From contig NYUB01000088.1 in assembly GCA_002683785.1 (NCBI GenBank), positions 5,160 to 61,339 of the forward strand: a stretch of 56,180 bases of DNA, in the 5' to 3' direction. Position 1 is the stretch's first letter. Each line of letters begins with the position of its first letter. The translations under genes and the position numbers were made by a program. Below are positions 18,199-29,309 of the stretch, piece by piece. The DNA comes from Deltaproteobacteria bacterium. Its GTDB lineage: Bacteria > SAR324 > NAC60-12. Under the pieces are notes generated by a model. It was not told the DNA's origin, made no database searches, and worked only from the letters and a program-made list of their open reading frames with translations.

Positions 18199-20739
18199 AT
18201 GAAGGGCCGTCTCCTTCTCCTGGTTTATATTCCCACTCTGTTGTTCCTGTCCACGTTGGGAATTCATCTGATTGAATATCAGTTGATGGACAACGAAAAG
18301 TATAGGTACATCTGGGATTGTCTTTACTGGACGATGGTGACGATATCAACAGTAGGATTTGGAGACATCCATCCCATTCATACCCCTGGTAGAATTTTCA
18401 CCTTATTTGTTATCGCTGGAGGTGTTGTTGGATATTCTCTGGTGATATCCCTGATCACTTCCCGTTTTGCCCAGTACCATTCACGCCGTGAACGCGGACT
18501 GGATTCTGCGGACATCAGCGATCATATCCTCATCTGTTCCGATGATCCGAATTGGATGACTGAAATCCTGATCCAGATCCGTGATTTTGAGGACACCGAA
18601 AAGATCGTCCTGATTGCCCCCTTCGAGGAACATCCTCTACTCACCACCCCCTTTAAAAATCTGATCTGGATCTCTGGTGATGCCTACAAAATGGAGCTGC
18701 TTGTAAAGGCTTCAGCAGTTAAAGCGAGGATTGCCTACGTCTACTACCGGGAAAACAGCAATACCTTGATGACCGTGATGCAGTTGGAAACCATGAGCGG
18801 AGGTAGAATCATTACTCTGGCGCAATACATTGGAGAGGAATATCGAAAGTATTTCGAGGACGTTGGCTGTGACCATGCAGTCGATCCCTATGAACTCTAT
18901 GTTCCGCTGATGATGCAGGCCTACCGATCCCAGGGGGGGCCCTCATGGATCAAACGTATTGTTTACCGCCGTTTGGGTAACACACTTCACACACGTAAGC
19001 TTGAGCCGACACTGGTAGGCTTAACCTGGATGGAATATGTGATTAAATTGAAGTCAAGTCGTGGCATCATGCCGATGGCTGTTGTTGTCGATGAAGTGGT
19101 GATGATCAATCCCGATGCCGATTACGAATTGACCTTGGACGACTCGATACTTCGACTTGAACCTCCTCCTAAAAGACCCAAGGGGGATCATGATGAGGAC
19201 GGAGTTCAATTGATTGGCATGGATGAAATCCCGATCGACGGGCACCTGATCATCAGTTCCGACAACCCGGTGTTTATCAAAAGACTGCTTTCAGAAATGT
19301 CACGGACTGAAATCGAGGAACCAATCAAGATCCTTTCTGAAATCAACCCCTTTGATGACAAGCCGGAAAACCTGAACATCGAATGGATTCATGGTCCTTC
19401 GAATGCCGAGGAATCTTTTCGCAAAGCCAATGCCTCCGAAGCGAAAGTGGCATTCATCGATCACCTCCATGACGGGCAAAACCTGATGGCAGTGCTTAGG
19501 CTCGAACAGGAATCGGACGGAGAGGTTTTCAGTATCTCCACTTATCATGAAAAGGATTTTGACCAGCAACTGCGACGAGTGGGATGCGATTTCTGTCTCC
19601 AGGTCGACGACCTGGTTGCCCCACTGCTTTCACAGTCTGCAGAAAACTCAGGTTTAGGCACCATGATCGAACAGATCCTCTCGGAAGAGCCGAATAGCCA
19701 AAGTCTTTTCGTCCGTAAATTGAAATTCGATTGGGTCCCCAAAAGCTGGGTTGAGACTATTTTGGAAATCAAAAAACAGTGCAACCATCTGGCGGTGGGA
19801 CTTATCCGGCATAGGGAGGGCATTCTCCTGGTCAATCCCCATCCTGAGACGATGATCTATTCTGGCGATAAACTGATTTTCATTGCCCTCGAATCTGCTG
19901 AAAAACGGCAGGTACTTTTTGAACCGAATCATGTTCTCAGCATCGTGGATGAACCACTTCTGAACGGAAAAGAGAGTTCCCGTGAAACGAAGACATCAGA
20001 CGATTCGGCAGACAGACTTTTTCAAGAGGCGATGCAGCTGTCACGGAATCCGGATGATGCGATGGCCTCATACCGGCTCTTTCACCAGGCTGCGATCAAA
20101 GGTCATGCTTTGGCACAGTACAATCTGGGGATCATGATTTTCAACGGGCAAGGAGTTCCCAAAAACCGTGAAGAAGCCTATCACTGGTTCAGGGAATCGG
20201 TGCGCTCCGGAAATTCAAAGGCCAAACGCGTTCTACGCTCCATTCGGGTTTTACGTGAAATCGAAATCACCCGTGAAAACGAAGAAAATGATGATTTTCC
20301 TGAATTCAACCCGGAAATGTTGGAAGGTTTGAATGAGGATCAACGTTACTGGTTTGCCAAAACCGTGGTGGCGATGGTGATGGTGGACGAACACATTGAA
20401 ATCCATGAACGTGCTTTCCTCCATTCGGCCCTTCGTTTGTTGACCAACAACCACCGGGTACAAGAACTCGAAGAAGCGATCCTTCTAGGAAGAATCCCTG
20501 ATATTGATCCAATCAAACTTACAGGAGATAATCCCAAACGGATTTTAGAAAGCCTCATCAATGTTGCGACCATTGATCGTGACTTCGACCAACGGGAGGA
20601 GAAACTGTTTCGACATATCGGTGATGCCCTGGAAATCGATGATAAGTTCATCAACAGCACCATCAAGCTGGGACACACCCGGGTTCAGCAGTTCCGCGCC
20701 AACCAGCTCCGTGCCCCTAACGTTCGTGTACGCATCTGA
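18199..20739 (+). CDS. Two-TM potassium channel with tandem RCK (TrkA-N/C) modules, Sel1-like repeats and a TerB-like C-terminus
   Basis: TISTVGFGD selectivity filter; duplicated GH(I/L)II...VGCD...NP modules; AQYNLGIMIFNGQGVPKNREEAYHWF Sel1 repeat; TerB-like helical tail. Confidence 0.8.
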   Translation: MKGRLLLLVYIPTLLFLSTLGIHLIEYQLMDNEKYRYIWDCLYWTMVTISTVGFGDIHPIHTPGRIFTLFVIAGGVVGYSLVISLITSRFAQYHSRRERGLDSADISDHILICSDDPNWMTEILIQIRDFEDTEKIVLIAPFEEHPLLTTPFKNLIWISGDAYKMELLVKASAVKARIAYVYYRENSNTLMTVMQLETMSGGRIITLAQYIGEEYRKYFEDVGCDHAVDPYELYVPLMMQAYRSQGGPSWIKRIVYRRLGNTLHTRKLEPTLVGLTWMEYVIKLKSSRGIMPMAVVVDEVVMINPDADYELTLDDSILRLEPPPKRPKGDHDEDGVQLIGMDEIPIDGHLIISSDNPVFIKRLLSEMSRTEIEEPIKILSEINPFDDKPENLNIEWIHGPSNAEESFRKANASEAKVAFIDHLHDGQNLMAVLRLEQESDGEVFSISTYHEKDFDQQLRRVGCDFCLQVDDLVAPLLSQSAENSGLGTMIEQILSEEPNSQSLFVRKLKFDWVPKSWVETILEIKKQCNHLAVGLIRHREGILLVNPHPETMIYSGDKLIFIALESAEKRQVLFEPNHVLSIVDEPLLNGKESSRETKTSDDSADRLFQEAMQLSRNPDDAMASYRLFHQAAIKGHALAQYNLGIMIFNGQGVPKNREEAYHWFRESVRSGNSKAKRVLRSIRVLREIEITRENEENDDFPEFNPEMLEGLNEDQRYWFAKTVVAMVMVDEHIEIHERAFLHSALRLLTNNHRVQELEEAILLGRIPDIDPIKLTGDNPKRILESLINVATIDRDFDQREEKLFRHIGDALEIDDKFINSTIKLGHTRVQQFRANQLRAPNVRVRI

Positions 20740-20752
20740 ACAGATTTGAAAC

Positions 20753-21595
20753 TTAGGCAGCCAGTGGAGAGGCTTCAGCCTGTTTCAATTTACGATGTCG
20801 GAATTCACCCCAGATGGCAGCTCCAGCGGCGCCTGCATAAATCGAGTCAATGTGAGAACGGATCTGGACCTCCAGCTTCTGATCTGAGGCCTGTTCCAAG
20901 AGAGCCCTGCACAATCCTTCATCCTGAGCCAACCCACCTGTCACCAAAACCGTATTTTCCCTGACTTTGATGGCCTTGAGCAGCTTGATAAGACGTCCTG
21001 CCATCGAAAGATGAATCCCTTTGAGGATGTTCTGGGAACTGATGCCGCGAGAAACCATGTTGATCACATCCGTTTCCGCGAGCACCGCGCAGATGGAGCT
21101 CACCGTCTCTGGATCATCGGCCTGCAGGGATAGCGATCCCACTTCATCCTGAGCGACCCCTAGGTAACGAGCAATGTTTTCAAGAAACTGTCCGGTTCCG
21201 GAGGCACACTGGCTGGTCATTTTGTAGGAAAGTACTTTACCGTGTTCATCGATGCTGATGGCCCGGCCATGAAGAGCCCCGATGTCCACCAGTGAACGTG
21301 CTGAAGGTTCCAGAAACGATGCCCCCCGTGCATGGGTTGTCATCGAATAAAAATGACCTGTTCTGAAATCAACATTCTCCCCCTCACCTGTTGTAGCAAC
21401 ATACTCGACTTCTTCAGGATCGATATCGGTTTTTTTCAACAACCAACGGTAATCTTCTTCTGCCAGTTGGTTTGGATCGCGCTTTCGAATACGACTGGTG
21501 TGCTTGGCAAGCCATTCGATGGCCCCCTCTTCAATGCGGAAAAGGACGCTTTTTATGGAATTGGTGCCGATGTCGATCCCTGCAGTAATGGTCAT
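20753..21595 (-). CDS. bcrD: Benzoyl-CoA reductase class I, subunit D (ATPase/activator)
   Basis: [48 protein letters not shown] and [11 protein letters not shown] motifs. Confidence 0.93.
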   Translation of the reverse strand: MTITAGIDIGTNSIKSVLFRIEEGAIEWLAKHTSRIRKRDPNQLAEEDYRWLLKKTDIDPEEVEYVATTGEGENVDFRTGHFYSMTTHARGASFLEPSARSLVDIGALHGRAISIDEHGKVLSYKMTSQCASGTGQFLENIARYLGVAQDEVGSLSLQADDPETVSSICAVLAETDVINMVSRGISSQNILKGIHLSMAGRLIKLLKAIKVRENTVLVTGGLAQDEGLCRALLEQASDQKLEVQIRSHIDSIYAGAAGAAIWGEFRHRKLKQAEASPLAA

Positions 21596-22914
21596 GCGTG
21601 TTCCTCCATTGCTCGATGTGCAAAGGTGGCGGCTCCCAGTGCCCCGGTATAGATCGATCCCGGGTCGATGTTGACCGTCACTTCTCCATAATTTTCTTGA
21701 ATCAATCCCTTTAGTGCCATCACGGCAGCCTCGTTGTTGGCGACTCCTCCTGTGAAAGTGAACTGATCGCTGATTCCTCCTGAACGTGAAAGCAGGGACA
21801 TAGCACGCAGGATGATCGCACGGTGTAATCCTGCAAGAATGTCCTCGCGTTCTTCTCCAAGTGCCAAACGGTCGCGTAGTTCAGCGCCTGCAAACACAGT
21901 ACACGTGGAGTTGATCCTAACTTTCCTGGTGGCCTTCATGGCCATTGGCCCGAGTTCGTGAAGTCCGACATTCATTTCGTCGGCGATGTAGCCCAGGTAG
22001 CGCCCGCAACCTGCAGCACAGCGGTCGTTCATTTGAAAACTGCTGACGATTCCGGATGGATCGACCTGGATTGCCTTGGTGTCCTGTCCTCCAATGTCGA
22101 GCACGGTACGGGTTTCTGGATACATGATGTGCGCACCCAGGCCATGGCAGAGAATTTCTGAACGGATATGGTCTTTCGAAAAAGGAAGTCGGGCACGTCC
22201 ATAACCGGTTCCAACCACATAACTCTCTTCCAGTTCGATGTTGTATGCCTGTTCGACCTTTTCAAGAATGATGTTTTTTTGAGACTCAAGTTCTGGTGTG
22301 ACTTTGAGCATGCGTTGCAAGGCTTGAAGCATCATCATACGGGCATCACCCTCACCAAAATGATTTTCCACTTCAATGATCGAACGGTCATAGACGTTCA
22401 GCAACAAGTCGAAGGAAAGCCCGAGTTCCCTGGCGCTGGCCTCACCAATGGCTAGGTACCGGGAACCGGCAATGTCTCTGAAAAAATCTGATTTCCGGGA
22501 TGCACCGGGCGCAAACAATTCGGGTGCCTCCTCTCGGAGTTGATGGAAGATTTTACGTAGGGCATCTGCGATGATGGTCTTTTCACGGCTGGCAAATCGG
22601 TTTCCGGAAGCATTCGTATGGCAAACCGATTCCAGGTCTGCTAATTGTTCCATGAATTGTTCTAGGCGAAATGTGCGTTCCAGTCCTGAAAGAAATTCTT
22701 CAAGGTTTTCAAACAGTGTTGAGACCGGTTCCAACGACTGCCGAACCAGGTTGATCCTTGTATTGACCAGTGCCTCTTCTTTGGCAACAGACGCTGCAAT
22801 ATCATAGTTGGATCGTGAATTGGTGATGCCTCTTCCCAGAATCTGCTGCTCTTCATCCAGAATCAGTGCTTTAGTGGTGGTAGATCCTAAATCGATCCCG
22901 ACGAAGCACTTCAT
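21592..22914 (-). CDS. bcrA: Benzoyl-CoA reductase class I, subunit A
   Basis: [51 protein letters not shown] and [11 protein letters not shown] motifs. Confidence 0.95.
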   Translation of the reverse strand: MKCFVGIDLGSTTTKALILDEEQQILGRGITNSRSNYDIAASVAKEEALVNTRINLVRQSLEPVSTLFENLEEFLSGLERTFRLEQFMEQLADLESVCHTNASGNRFASREKTIIADALRKIFHQLREEAPELFAPGASRKSDFFRDIAGSRYLAIGEASARELGLSFDLLLNVYDRSIIEVENHFGEGDARMMMLQALQRMLKVTPELESQKNIILEKVEQAYNIELEESYVVGTGYGRARLPFSKDHIRSEILCHGLGAHIMYPETRTVLDIGGQDTKAIQVDPSGIVSSFQMNDRCAAGCGRYLGYIADEMNVGLHELGPMAMKATRKVRINSTCTVFAGAELRDRLALGEEREDILAGLHRAIILRAMSLLSRSGGISDQFTFTGGVANNEAAVMALKGLIQENYGEVTVNIDPGSIYTGALGAATFAHRAMEEHA

Positions 22915-24215
22915 GCTGCCACTCCTTCGGAAAAACCACCTCCACGTTTTTGGTTGATCATCTGAAAATAACTCTCCAGACGGTTTTTGACGTTGGCTCC
23001 TGAAAAATACCTTGGATCAACCAAGTCGGTTTCAATAAAAGCTCCGGGTTTGCCTGTGCGTTTTTCAACTTCACGCAGGAGCAGTAGTTGGCCTGCAGAG
23101 AAACTGTTGCAGCTTTTGATCGAATTGATCAACAGTCCGTCTGCCTGATAATCCTCAACATAATTGGAAAGCATCTCGGCACGACTTGGCAGGTTGAGGT
23201 TGGTGTAGCAACCGAGGCAGTAGTCTGCCATTGATTCCAGGGGGTGATCTGGATCATGCCGGAATCCAAAATCATAGACTCCTCCGACTTTGGTGTAGGT
23301 ACTCGCCACAACCACGGCTCCTTCTTCGTAGAACATCTTCCAGAACTCGCGGAAGCTGGTCCAGTTTGGCGGTCCCTCCACCACCAGACGGTATTTTTCA
23401 TCCTTCATCTCCCCATCCGGAGTGATCGGTCCCTCTCCCTTTTCAAGGCGTTCTGCAATTTCTGATCGAAGGGTACGGTAGTATTCACTGGCATCCTCTG
23501 TTCCCCGGAAAGCAGTAAAAATGGGACCGATGTAATAAACACCACCGAAATAGGCATCGATCGGCGAAGGCCGGTTTTTGGCAGTTTGAAGAACCCAGAC
23601 CAGGTCTTCTTCAGACTTGGCGGATTCACGCATGTATTCACGGAGACGGTCGATATCGAATTTGACTCCGCTGACCCGTTCCAGAGTCGGGATGACTTCC
23701 TCCCGAAGTTGTTTGACGACATAATCACGCATGTTTTCGTTGATCGTTCCGTCTCCCTGATAGGGAATGTGAAGCATTGATGTTTCGCAGTCATACTGCT
23801 CCCGAACCAGTTCGAACCACTTCATGAAGGTGAAACAACCTGTGTAGGAAAGCAGCAGCAGATCCGGCTTCGGCAGGGTTTCTCCCGTCGGACCGATATT
23901 CCCCTGAGCCATCATTCCAAGGTCCGCCTTGACGTAGGTACAGACGTCTTCAGAATGTCCGGATCGTTCGGCTTCCATGATCATCCGTCCGGTTTTCTTG
24001 CGCATGCCGTTCTGCAGGGCATTGATTTCGGGAAGGTTGCGTGCCATGTCGAAGCACATCAGCAGTTCATTGATGTTGCCGGGAACAAAGGTCGATACGA
24101 CTTTTCTCCCTTGCTGAGGTGCCTGGGCGAGTTCATGGAAATTGGCTGAAATCATTTGCTTCTGCTTTTCCATGGAATCTTCCTTGATTGCATCGGGTGG
24201 AGTCATTTGGCTCAT
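22911..24215 (-). CDS. bcrB: Benzoyl-CoA reductase class I, subunit B
   Basis: [38 protein letters not shown] and [11 protein letters not shown] motifs. Confidence 0.95.
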   Translation of the reverse strand: MSQMTPPDAIKEDSMEKQKQMISANFHELAQAPQQGRKVVSTFVPGNINELLMCFDMARNLPEINALQNGMRKKTGRMIMEAERSGHSEDVCTYVKADLGMMAQGNIGPTGETLPKPDLLLLSYTGCFTFMKWFELVREQYDCETSMLHIPYQGDGTINENMRDYVVKQLREEVIPTLERVSGVKFDIDRLREYMRESAKSEEDLVWVLQTAKNRPSPIDAYFGGVYYIGPIFTAFRGTEDASEYYRTLRSEIAERLEKGEGPITPDGEMKDEKYRLVVEGPPNWTSFREFWKMFYEEGAVVVASTYTKVGGVYDFGFRHDPDHPLESMADYCLGCYTNLNLPSRAEMLSNYVEDYQADGLLINSIKSCNSFSAGQLLLLREVEKRTGKPGAFIETDLVDPRYFSGANVKNRLESYFQMINQKRGGGFSEGVAA

Positions 24216-24321
24216 TGTTGCTCCTTTCTATTGATGAAGTTGAAACTGAACCGGTTGCAGATCCCGGATCGCAAACAGGCTTCAGTCAAATCCCAGAGGT
24301 TTGGTTGCATCATGTTCATGG

Positions 24322-25503
24322 TCAGGCACTCCAGAGCTTGATGGAATCTGCAAAAGTTCCAGCCTGTTCACGAATCGGCTGCATCTGTCCTGAATTTTCA
24401 GCATATTTGAATGCAGTGTAAGGTATGTTTTCTTCTGCCAGACAGTTCTGCAGCATCGGCCGGTCGAGCAAAGCCGGGTCACAAAAACTGGGTGCGGCAA
24501 AGATCACTCCTTCCGCCTGGTTTTTCCGAACGGCTTCCACCAGATATTGTCCCTTGTCAGACGTTACCGGCACATACTTGGCAGAAGTCTCATTGGAGTG
24601 GTTGAGAAAACCGTCCGCCAGGTTTTCCAGAGGATCTCCAGAAGTTGGCACATCCTCGAGAAGCCAGCGTGTGACAAGCATGAAATCATCATCCACGATG
24701 TAGCATCCGGCCATTTCGATGGATCGGATCAAATTCAAAGGAGGCTGTTCACAGAAAACTCCACTGACGACAACCCGGCAGTTATCCCGCATCACCTGTT
24801 CCTCCTTCTCGACGGCTGAAATGTAATCCCGGATCAGTTGGGTATGTTCCTCCACAGGCAACACCATTCCGGCCCGGATGACGAGGTAGACATCCGGGCT
24901 GGGGGTTTTCCAGGGGCGTTTTGCACGATAGTGATAAAGGTCCTGAATCGCTCTTCGGTTTTCATTGTAGACTTCGATCGATTTCCATAAATCATCTGGA
25001 CTGATCTGCTTTCCTGAAAGCTTTTCAAGATCACTCAGCAACTGCTTCAGTTCATTGACGTAGTAACTTCCTCCGATGTCCCTGGCGTAGTTTTGGGGGA
25101 CATCGAAATAGCGCACATACTTGTCTTCGAACATCAGTTGCCACATGCCTGATAGGTTGCGGATCACATCACAGATGCTGGGAAACAGCATGCCGTCCAG
25201 AACGTCGAGCCTTCCTGTCAAACCGAGTTCGATGGTGGATCTTGGAATGCGGCAAATGTAACTCTGGTAGTAGGCATCCCCCTGGATGACTTCCAACTGG
25301 TCTCCTCCGCCGAGGATCCCCACCGGCAGCATTCCTGCTGCATGGATGATTTCTCTCGGGACGTAAACGGGCATATAGCCGATCACCTTTCGTCCCTTTT
25401 CTGCAGCTTTCCATTCTCGTACCTCTGAAAATTCAAGATCATCGAATAGCCGACGGCAGCGATCGACGATGGCCGCGCTACCACCATTTTGAAAGTTGTT
25501 CAT
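24322..25503 (-). CDS. bcrC: Benzoyl-CoA reductase class I, subunit C
   Basis: GDAYYQSYICRIPRSTIELG, FPSICDVIRNLSG, PSFCDPALL and QAGTFADSIKLW motifs. Confidence 0.95.
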   Translation of the reverse strand: MNNFQNGGSAAIVDRCRRLFDDLEFSEVREWKAAEKGRKVIGYMPVYVPREIIHAAGMLPVGILGGGDQLEVIQGDAYYQSYICRIPRSTIELGLTGRLDVLDGMLFPSICDVIRNLSGMWQLMFEDKYVRYFDVPQNYARDIGGSYYVNELKQLLSDLEKLSGKQISPDDLWKSIEVYNENRRAIQDLYHYRAKRPWKTPSPDVYLVIRAGMVLPVEEHTQLIRDYISAVEKEEQVMRDNCRVVVSGVFCEQPPLNLIRSIEMAGCYIVDDDFMLVTRWLLEDVPTSGDPLENLADGFLNHSNETSAKYVPVTSDKGQYLVEAVRKNQAEGVIFAAPSFCDPALLDRPMLQNCLAEENIPYTAFKYAENSGQMQPIREQAGTFADSIKLWSA

Positions 25504-25504
25504 T

Positions 25505-26272
25505 TCAACAGTCCTCCCATTTTGGGGGACGCTTTTCGAGAAAGGATTGCAACCCTTCCACGGCGTCTCCGGTTTTCATCAATTGCTCAAGATACAGTTC
25601 CTCAACGGCCGATAGTTTACGTTTCAGATTTCCAATCACCCCTTTGCGGGCAGCTAGAACTGCATGGCGCAGAGAACTCGCACTTTTTGATGCCAGATGC
25701 TTCTGGAAGTAGACCCGTGCCGCTTTTTCAGGATCCTCATCGACTTGGTTCAGAAGTCCGATCCGCAAGGCTTCATCAGCCCCCACACTGCGTCCTGAAA
25801 AAAGCAGGTCTTCTGCATTCGACTGACCGATACGCCATGGAAGCAGACAAGAAGCTGCCGGAGCGATCACTCCCAGCATGATTTCCGGCTGTCCCATCTG
25901 GGCATCTGGTGCGGCGTACAACTGAGATCCTGCACAGGCCAGTTCGAGCCCTCCGCCAAGACACTGGCCTCGGATGACGACCAGCACCGGGTAGGGAAGA
26001 CCAAGCATCTTCAGCAGCAGTTGGTGGAAATCATGCAGCATGGCCTCACACTGTTCCGGAAGATGTTCCTCAACGCTGGCCCCAAAACTGAAATGCGGAC
26101 CTTCTGCATCCAGCAGGAGGCCACGAAGTTTTGGATTCCCGGAATGTTTTTCGAGTTCTTCTGAAATAGCCCTGATCATTTCGGAATCGAGGATGTTTGC
26201 CTTGGGACGTGCCAGTCTTAGGCGGAGCAATGTCCCATTCTCCTCGATCCAGGAGCCTACAGGATCCGTCAT
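25505..26272 (-). CDS. dch: Cyclohexa-1,5-dienecarbonyl-CoA hydratase
   Basis: Crotonase fold (LARPKANILD, HFSFGASVEEH, GQCLGGGLE, GQPEI); ATGA overlap with oah; cluster context. Confidence 0.9.
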   Translation of the reverse strand: MTDPVGSWIEENGTLLRLRLARPKANILDSEMIRAISEELEKHSGNPKLRGLLLDAEGPHFSFGASVEEHLPEQCEAMLHDFHQLLLKMLGLPYPVLVVIRGQCLGGGLELACAGSQLYAAPDAQMGQPEIMLGVIAPAASCLLPWRIGQSNAEDLLFSGRSVGADEALRIGLLNQVDEDPEKAARVYFQKHLASKSASSLRHAVLAARKGVIGNLKRKLSAVEELYLEQLMKTGDAVEGLQSFLEKRPPKWEDC

Positions 26273-27387
26273 GATGCTTTTCGATCCAGCCCAGGCATCA
26301 GTGCATCGGTGAATTCCTCCGACCAACGCTGTCCCTGGGCAAGTGCACGGCGCAGGGCGACAAAGTCCACTTCCCGTTGGGTTTTTGTTCCTTCATTGAA
26401 AGCCCTGAACCCTGCTCTTGCTTCGGTCATCATGTTGTTCGCAAGCCACGCGCGTGCATCTTCCTTGTTGCGATTCCAGGCTTCGAGTTTAGGCTTTCTC
26501 AGTTCCTCGACAGTTTTGGTCATGCAGTCCGGAAACGTATAGAGCAGTTTGGTACAGAGAGCCTCGACGGCTTCATCCAATAAAGACAGATCCGTCGTTC
26601 CACTTTTCAGCAAAGTCTTGGCCTCGGTCAAGGCCTCTCCAGTTTTGTTCTCACCGTAAGCAAAACTGCCCCATGGATCGAACATCTGCTGTGTCTCCAC
26701 CAGAGGATTTGGCAGCCACTCGCCTTCAACCCTCAGGGCAGGAACGATTCCACTGATCATTCCATTGAGATAAACCTTGTGTGCTGACCAGACTTCGCAG
26801 AGCGTTCCGGATTCCATGGCCTTTTCTCCTGTCATCATCACCGGCAGAAAGTCCGTCGAACCGCCGATGGGAGCTGACCCATGTTTGGGACCTGCCTGGC
26901 CGAATCGGGCCAGATCCTGTGCGATCGAAAAATCACAGGCCATCCCGATTTCCTGGCCCCCTCCGACACGCATTCCATTGACCCTGCATACGACTGGTTT
27001 GTCGCAGGACAGGATGGATGAAACCATATCGTTGAAAAGCCTCATGTATTGTCGATACTCCTGTGGCCTGCCTGCATAATACTCGGCATATTCCTTGGTG
27101 TTTCCTCCGGTGCAAAAGGCTCTGTCCCCACTGCCGGTGAAAACTACGGCAACACTGTCACGTTCATTGGAAGCCTTGCGGAAGGCGAGGATCGCACCCT
27201 TGACCATCTCGGTGGTGTAGGAATTGTACTGTGCGGGATTATCCAGCGTGATCCAGATGTTGAAGAGACCTTTGACGGCCTGGCCATCCGAACCAAGCAC
27301 AGGTTTTTTTTCATACAGAATTCCTGGAAAATCCTGTCCGGAATCAAAATTATGATCTTTGTAGTTGAAATCCGACTCGGTTGTCAT
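26269..27387 (-). CDS. oah: 6-oxocyclohex-1-ene-1-carbonyl-CoA hydrolase (ring opening)
   Basis: LDNPAQYNSYTT, FCTGGNTKEYAEYY, GQAGPKHGSAP and NNMMTEARAGFRAF motifs. Confidence 0.93.
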   Translation of the reverse strand: MTTESDFNYKDHNFDSGQDFPGILYEKKPVLGSDGQAVKGLFNIWITLDNPAQYNSYTTEMVKGAILAFRKASNERDSVAVVFTGSGDRAFCTGGNTKEYAEYYAGRPQEYRQYMRLFNDMVSSILSCDKPVVCRVNGMRVGGGQEIGMACDFSIAQDLARFGQAGPKHGSAPIGGSTDFLPVMMTGEKAMESGTLCEVWSAHKVYLNGMISGIVPALRVEGEWLPNPLVETQQMFDPWGSFAYGENKTGEALTEAKTLLKSGTTDLSLLDEAVEALCTKLLYTFPDCMTKTVEELRKPKLEAWNRNKEDARAWLANNMMTEARAGFRAFNEGTKTQREVDFVALRRALAQGQRWSEEFTDALMPGLDRKAS

Positions 27388-27405
27388 TGTTAGTCCTTTG
27401 TGTGT

Positions 27406-28473
27406 TCATGGAACCAGAACAGCACGCTTCGTGAGTTCGTGCCGTTGGGCTGCATTGAAAATATTCTGGATTGAATCCAGAGGGTACTGCTCAACGAAAG
27501 GAGCCACTGCAACGCTTCCGTTCATCACGAGTTCTAGAGCTGCGGGATATAGTTCAGGGGCACATCCCCAGTTTCCCAGGGCACGTGCGTCAAAGGCCAT
27601 CAGGTTTGACAATCGAAGTTCAAACCGATCCATGGTGAATCCAACCACACAAAGTGTCCCCCCATGGGTAAGAAGACCGAATGCGGTTTTTTGACCTGCA
27701 ACGCTTCCGGAACATTCAAAGAGGTACCATTCCTGTGCAGGAAGTCCTTGATTTTCAGCAAATTCGAGAATCCTTTTTTTAAATTCCCGTCCTTCCACCT
27801 CACGTGCGTCAAGGGCCAAGGCCGCACCGTTTTGCCGAACGCTTTCAAGCCTGCTCGCATCAATGTCGATCGCCACCACTGAAGCCCCTAGTGCTGCACA
27901 GATCTGCACGGCATAGCCTCCAATGCCTCCTGCTCCAATAACGACCGCTAAATCACCCTTTCCAATTCCTGAACGAACTGCAGCTTGATAAGGTGTAGTG
28001 ACCGCGTCTGCGATCACCGATACATCGGCTAGAGTCAATCCAGCAGCTTCAAGTTTTGTCTCATCCACTTCGCATAGTCCATATTCTGGGACCCTAACGT
28101 GGGAAGCGAATCCACCCTGAATGTCATTGCCTGGCATTTTCTGGCTACGGCAGATGGTTCCTCGCCCCCTGAGGCAGAGACCGCATTTCCCACAGGGAAT
28201 GACAGCCGGTATGATCACTTTTTTCCCCACCCAGCTTTCTGCACCTTCACCTGCTTCAAGAACCAGTCCGCTGATCTCATGTCCTAAAATTAAAGGAAGA
28301 GGGTGGTTCGGACGGACTCCATCAAAATAATAGCCAAGGTCCGTATGACAGACTCCGCATCCGGACACCTCGACTAAAAGCTCTGCCGACACCGGAGAAG
28401 GTAGATCAAACTCCTTTCTCACCAGGGGTTTCCCTGCTTCCTCCATTTGCCATGCGTAGCCCTTCTGCATCAT
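27406..28473 (-). CDS. had: 6-hydroxycyclohex-1-ene-1-carbonyl-CoA dehydrogenase
   Basis: Zn-ADH motifs CHTD, GHE and CxxCxxC; [21 protein letters not shown] and [17 protein letters not shown]. Confidence 0.92.
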   Translation of the reverse strand: MMQKGYAWQMEEAGKPLVRKEFDLPSPVSAELLVEVSGCGVCHTDLGYYFDGVRPNHPLPLILGHEISGLVLEAGEGAESWVGKKVIIPAVIPCGKCGLCLRGRGTICRSQKMPGNDIQGGFASHVRVPEYGLCEVDETKLEAAGLTLADVSVIADAVTTPYQAAVRSGIGKGDLAVVIGAGGIGGYAVQICAALGASVVAIDIDASRLESVRQNGAALALDAREVEGREFKKRILEFAENQGLPAQEWYLFECSGSVAGQKTAFGLLTHGGTLCVVGFTMDRFELRLSNLMAFDARALGNWGCAPELYPAALELVMNGSVAVAPFVEQYPLDSIQNIFNAAQRHELTKRAVLVP

Positions 28474-28657
28474 TTCTCCTCTTGATTATGATTAAAGTGG
28501 TATTGTTGTACCTGTTTCGAGATTATACTGAAATCGGTGCCTGTCAAGAAAAAAATATAAATAAGTACCAAAATACATCTTTTTACTTGAAAAAATTGAA
28601 TGACGGGCTCAGGATGGAATGAATTCATGAAGATGAACAATTCTTCAGAGGAGGAAC

Positions 28658-29053
28658 ATGGATATTCTTCACCCTTCCGGATGGACACCTCCGAAGGGTT
28701 ATTCAAATGGAGTTGTGGCCGATCCAGGTCGCTTGGTTTTTATCGCGGGTCAGGTTGGCTGGGATGCTCAACAATGTTTCCAAAGCAATGACCTTGTTCC
28801 GCAGTTTGAACAGGCATTGAGTAATGTTTTGGAAGTGTTATCCGTAGCGGGGGGGAACCCGGAACATATCTGCAGGATGACGGCATACTGTACCGAGAAA
28901 GATGTTTATCTCTCTCATCGTCAAGAACTTGGTCGACTCTGGCAGCGGTTGATGGGAAAACATTATCCTGCAATGAGTATGATTTTTGTTTCTGATTTGT
29001 TGGATCACCCTGGGAAGATCGAACTAGAAGCAACCGCGGTGGTTCCTCATTAA
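28658..29053 (+). CDS. Rid (YjgF/YER057c/UK114) family protein
   Basis: PKGYSNGV, IAGQVGW, HYPAMS and IELEATA motifs; GAGGAG RBS. Confidence 0.88.
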   Translation: MDILHPSGWTPPKGYSNGVVADPGRLVFIAGQVGWDAQQCFQSNDLVPQFEQALSNVLEVLSVAGGNPEHICRMTAYCTEKDVYLSHRQELGRLWQRLMGKHYPAMSMIFVSDLLDHPGKIELEATAVVPH

Positions 29054-29309
29054 TGCAAGGATGTTTTTCCTGTGGTTGAGTATGAAGAAGATGAGAGAAA
29101 TCGGAGAGGAAAGCAGATCTACCCTGACCGATAATTCCAGATTCATGAAGCATTCCTTGGAATACAGAAATAGGATTTCTCAGAATGCATAAAAAATGAT
29201 TAAGGTCTTTTTTTTTGACATCCCCAAGGAATTCCTTTAATTTTGATTTTTTTATCGACGGGTATTGTGCCAGTTGAAAACAAAAATATGCTTTGAAATG
29301 AGGAGATCT

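Noticed and set aside
28522-28547. Minus-strand TTGACA...TATAAT promoter for the had-bcr operon
   Set aside because: The spacer is only 14 bp, too short for a standard sigma70 promoter.
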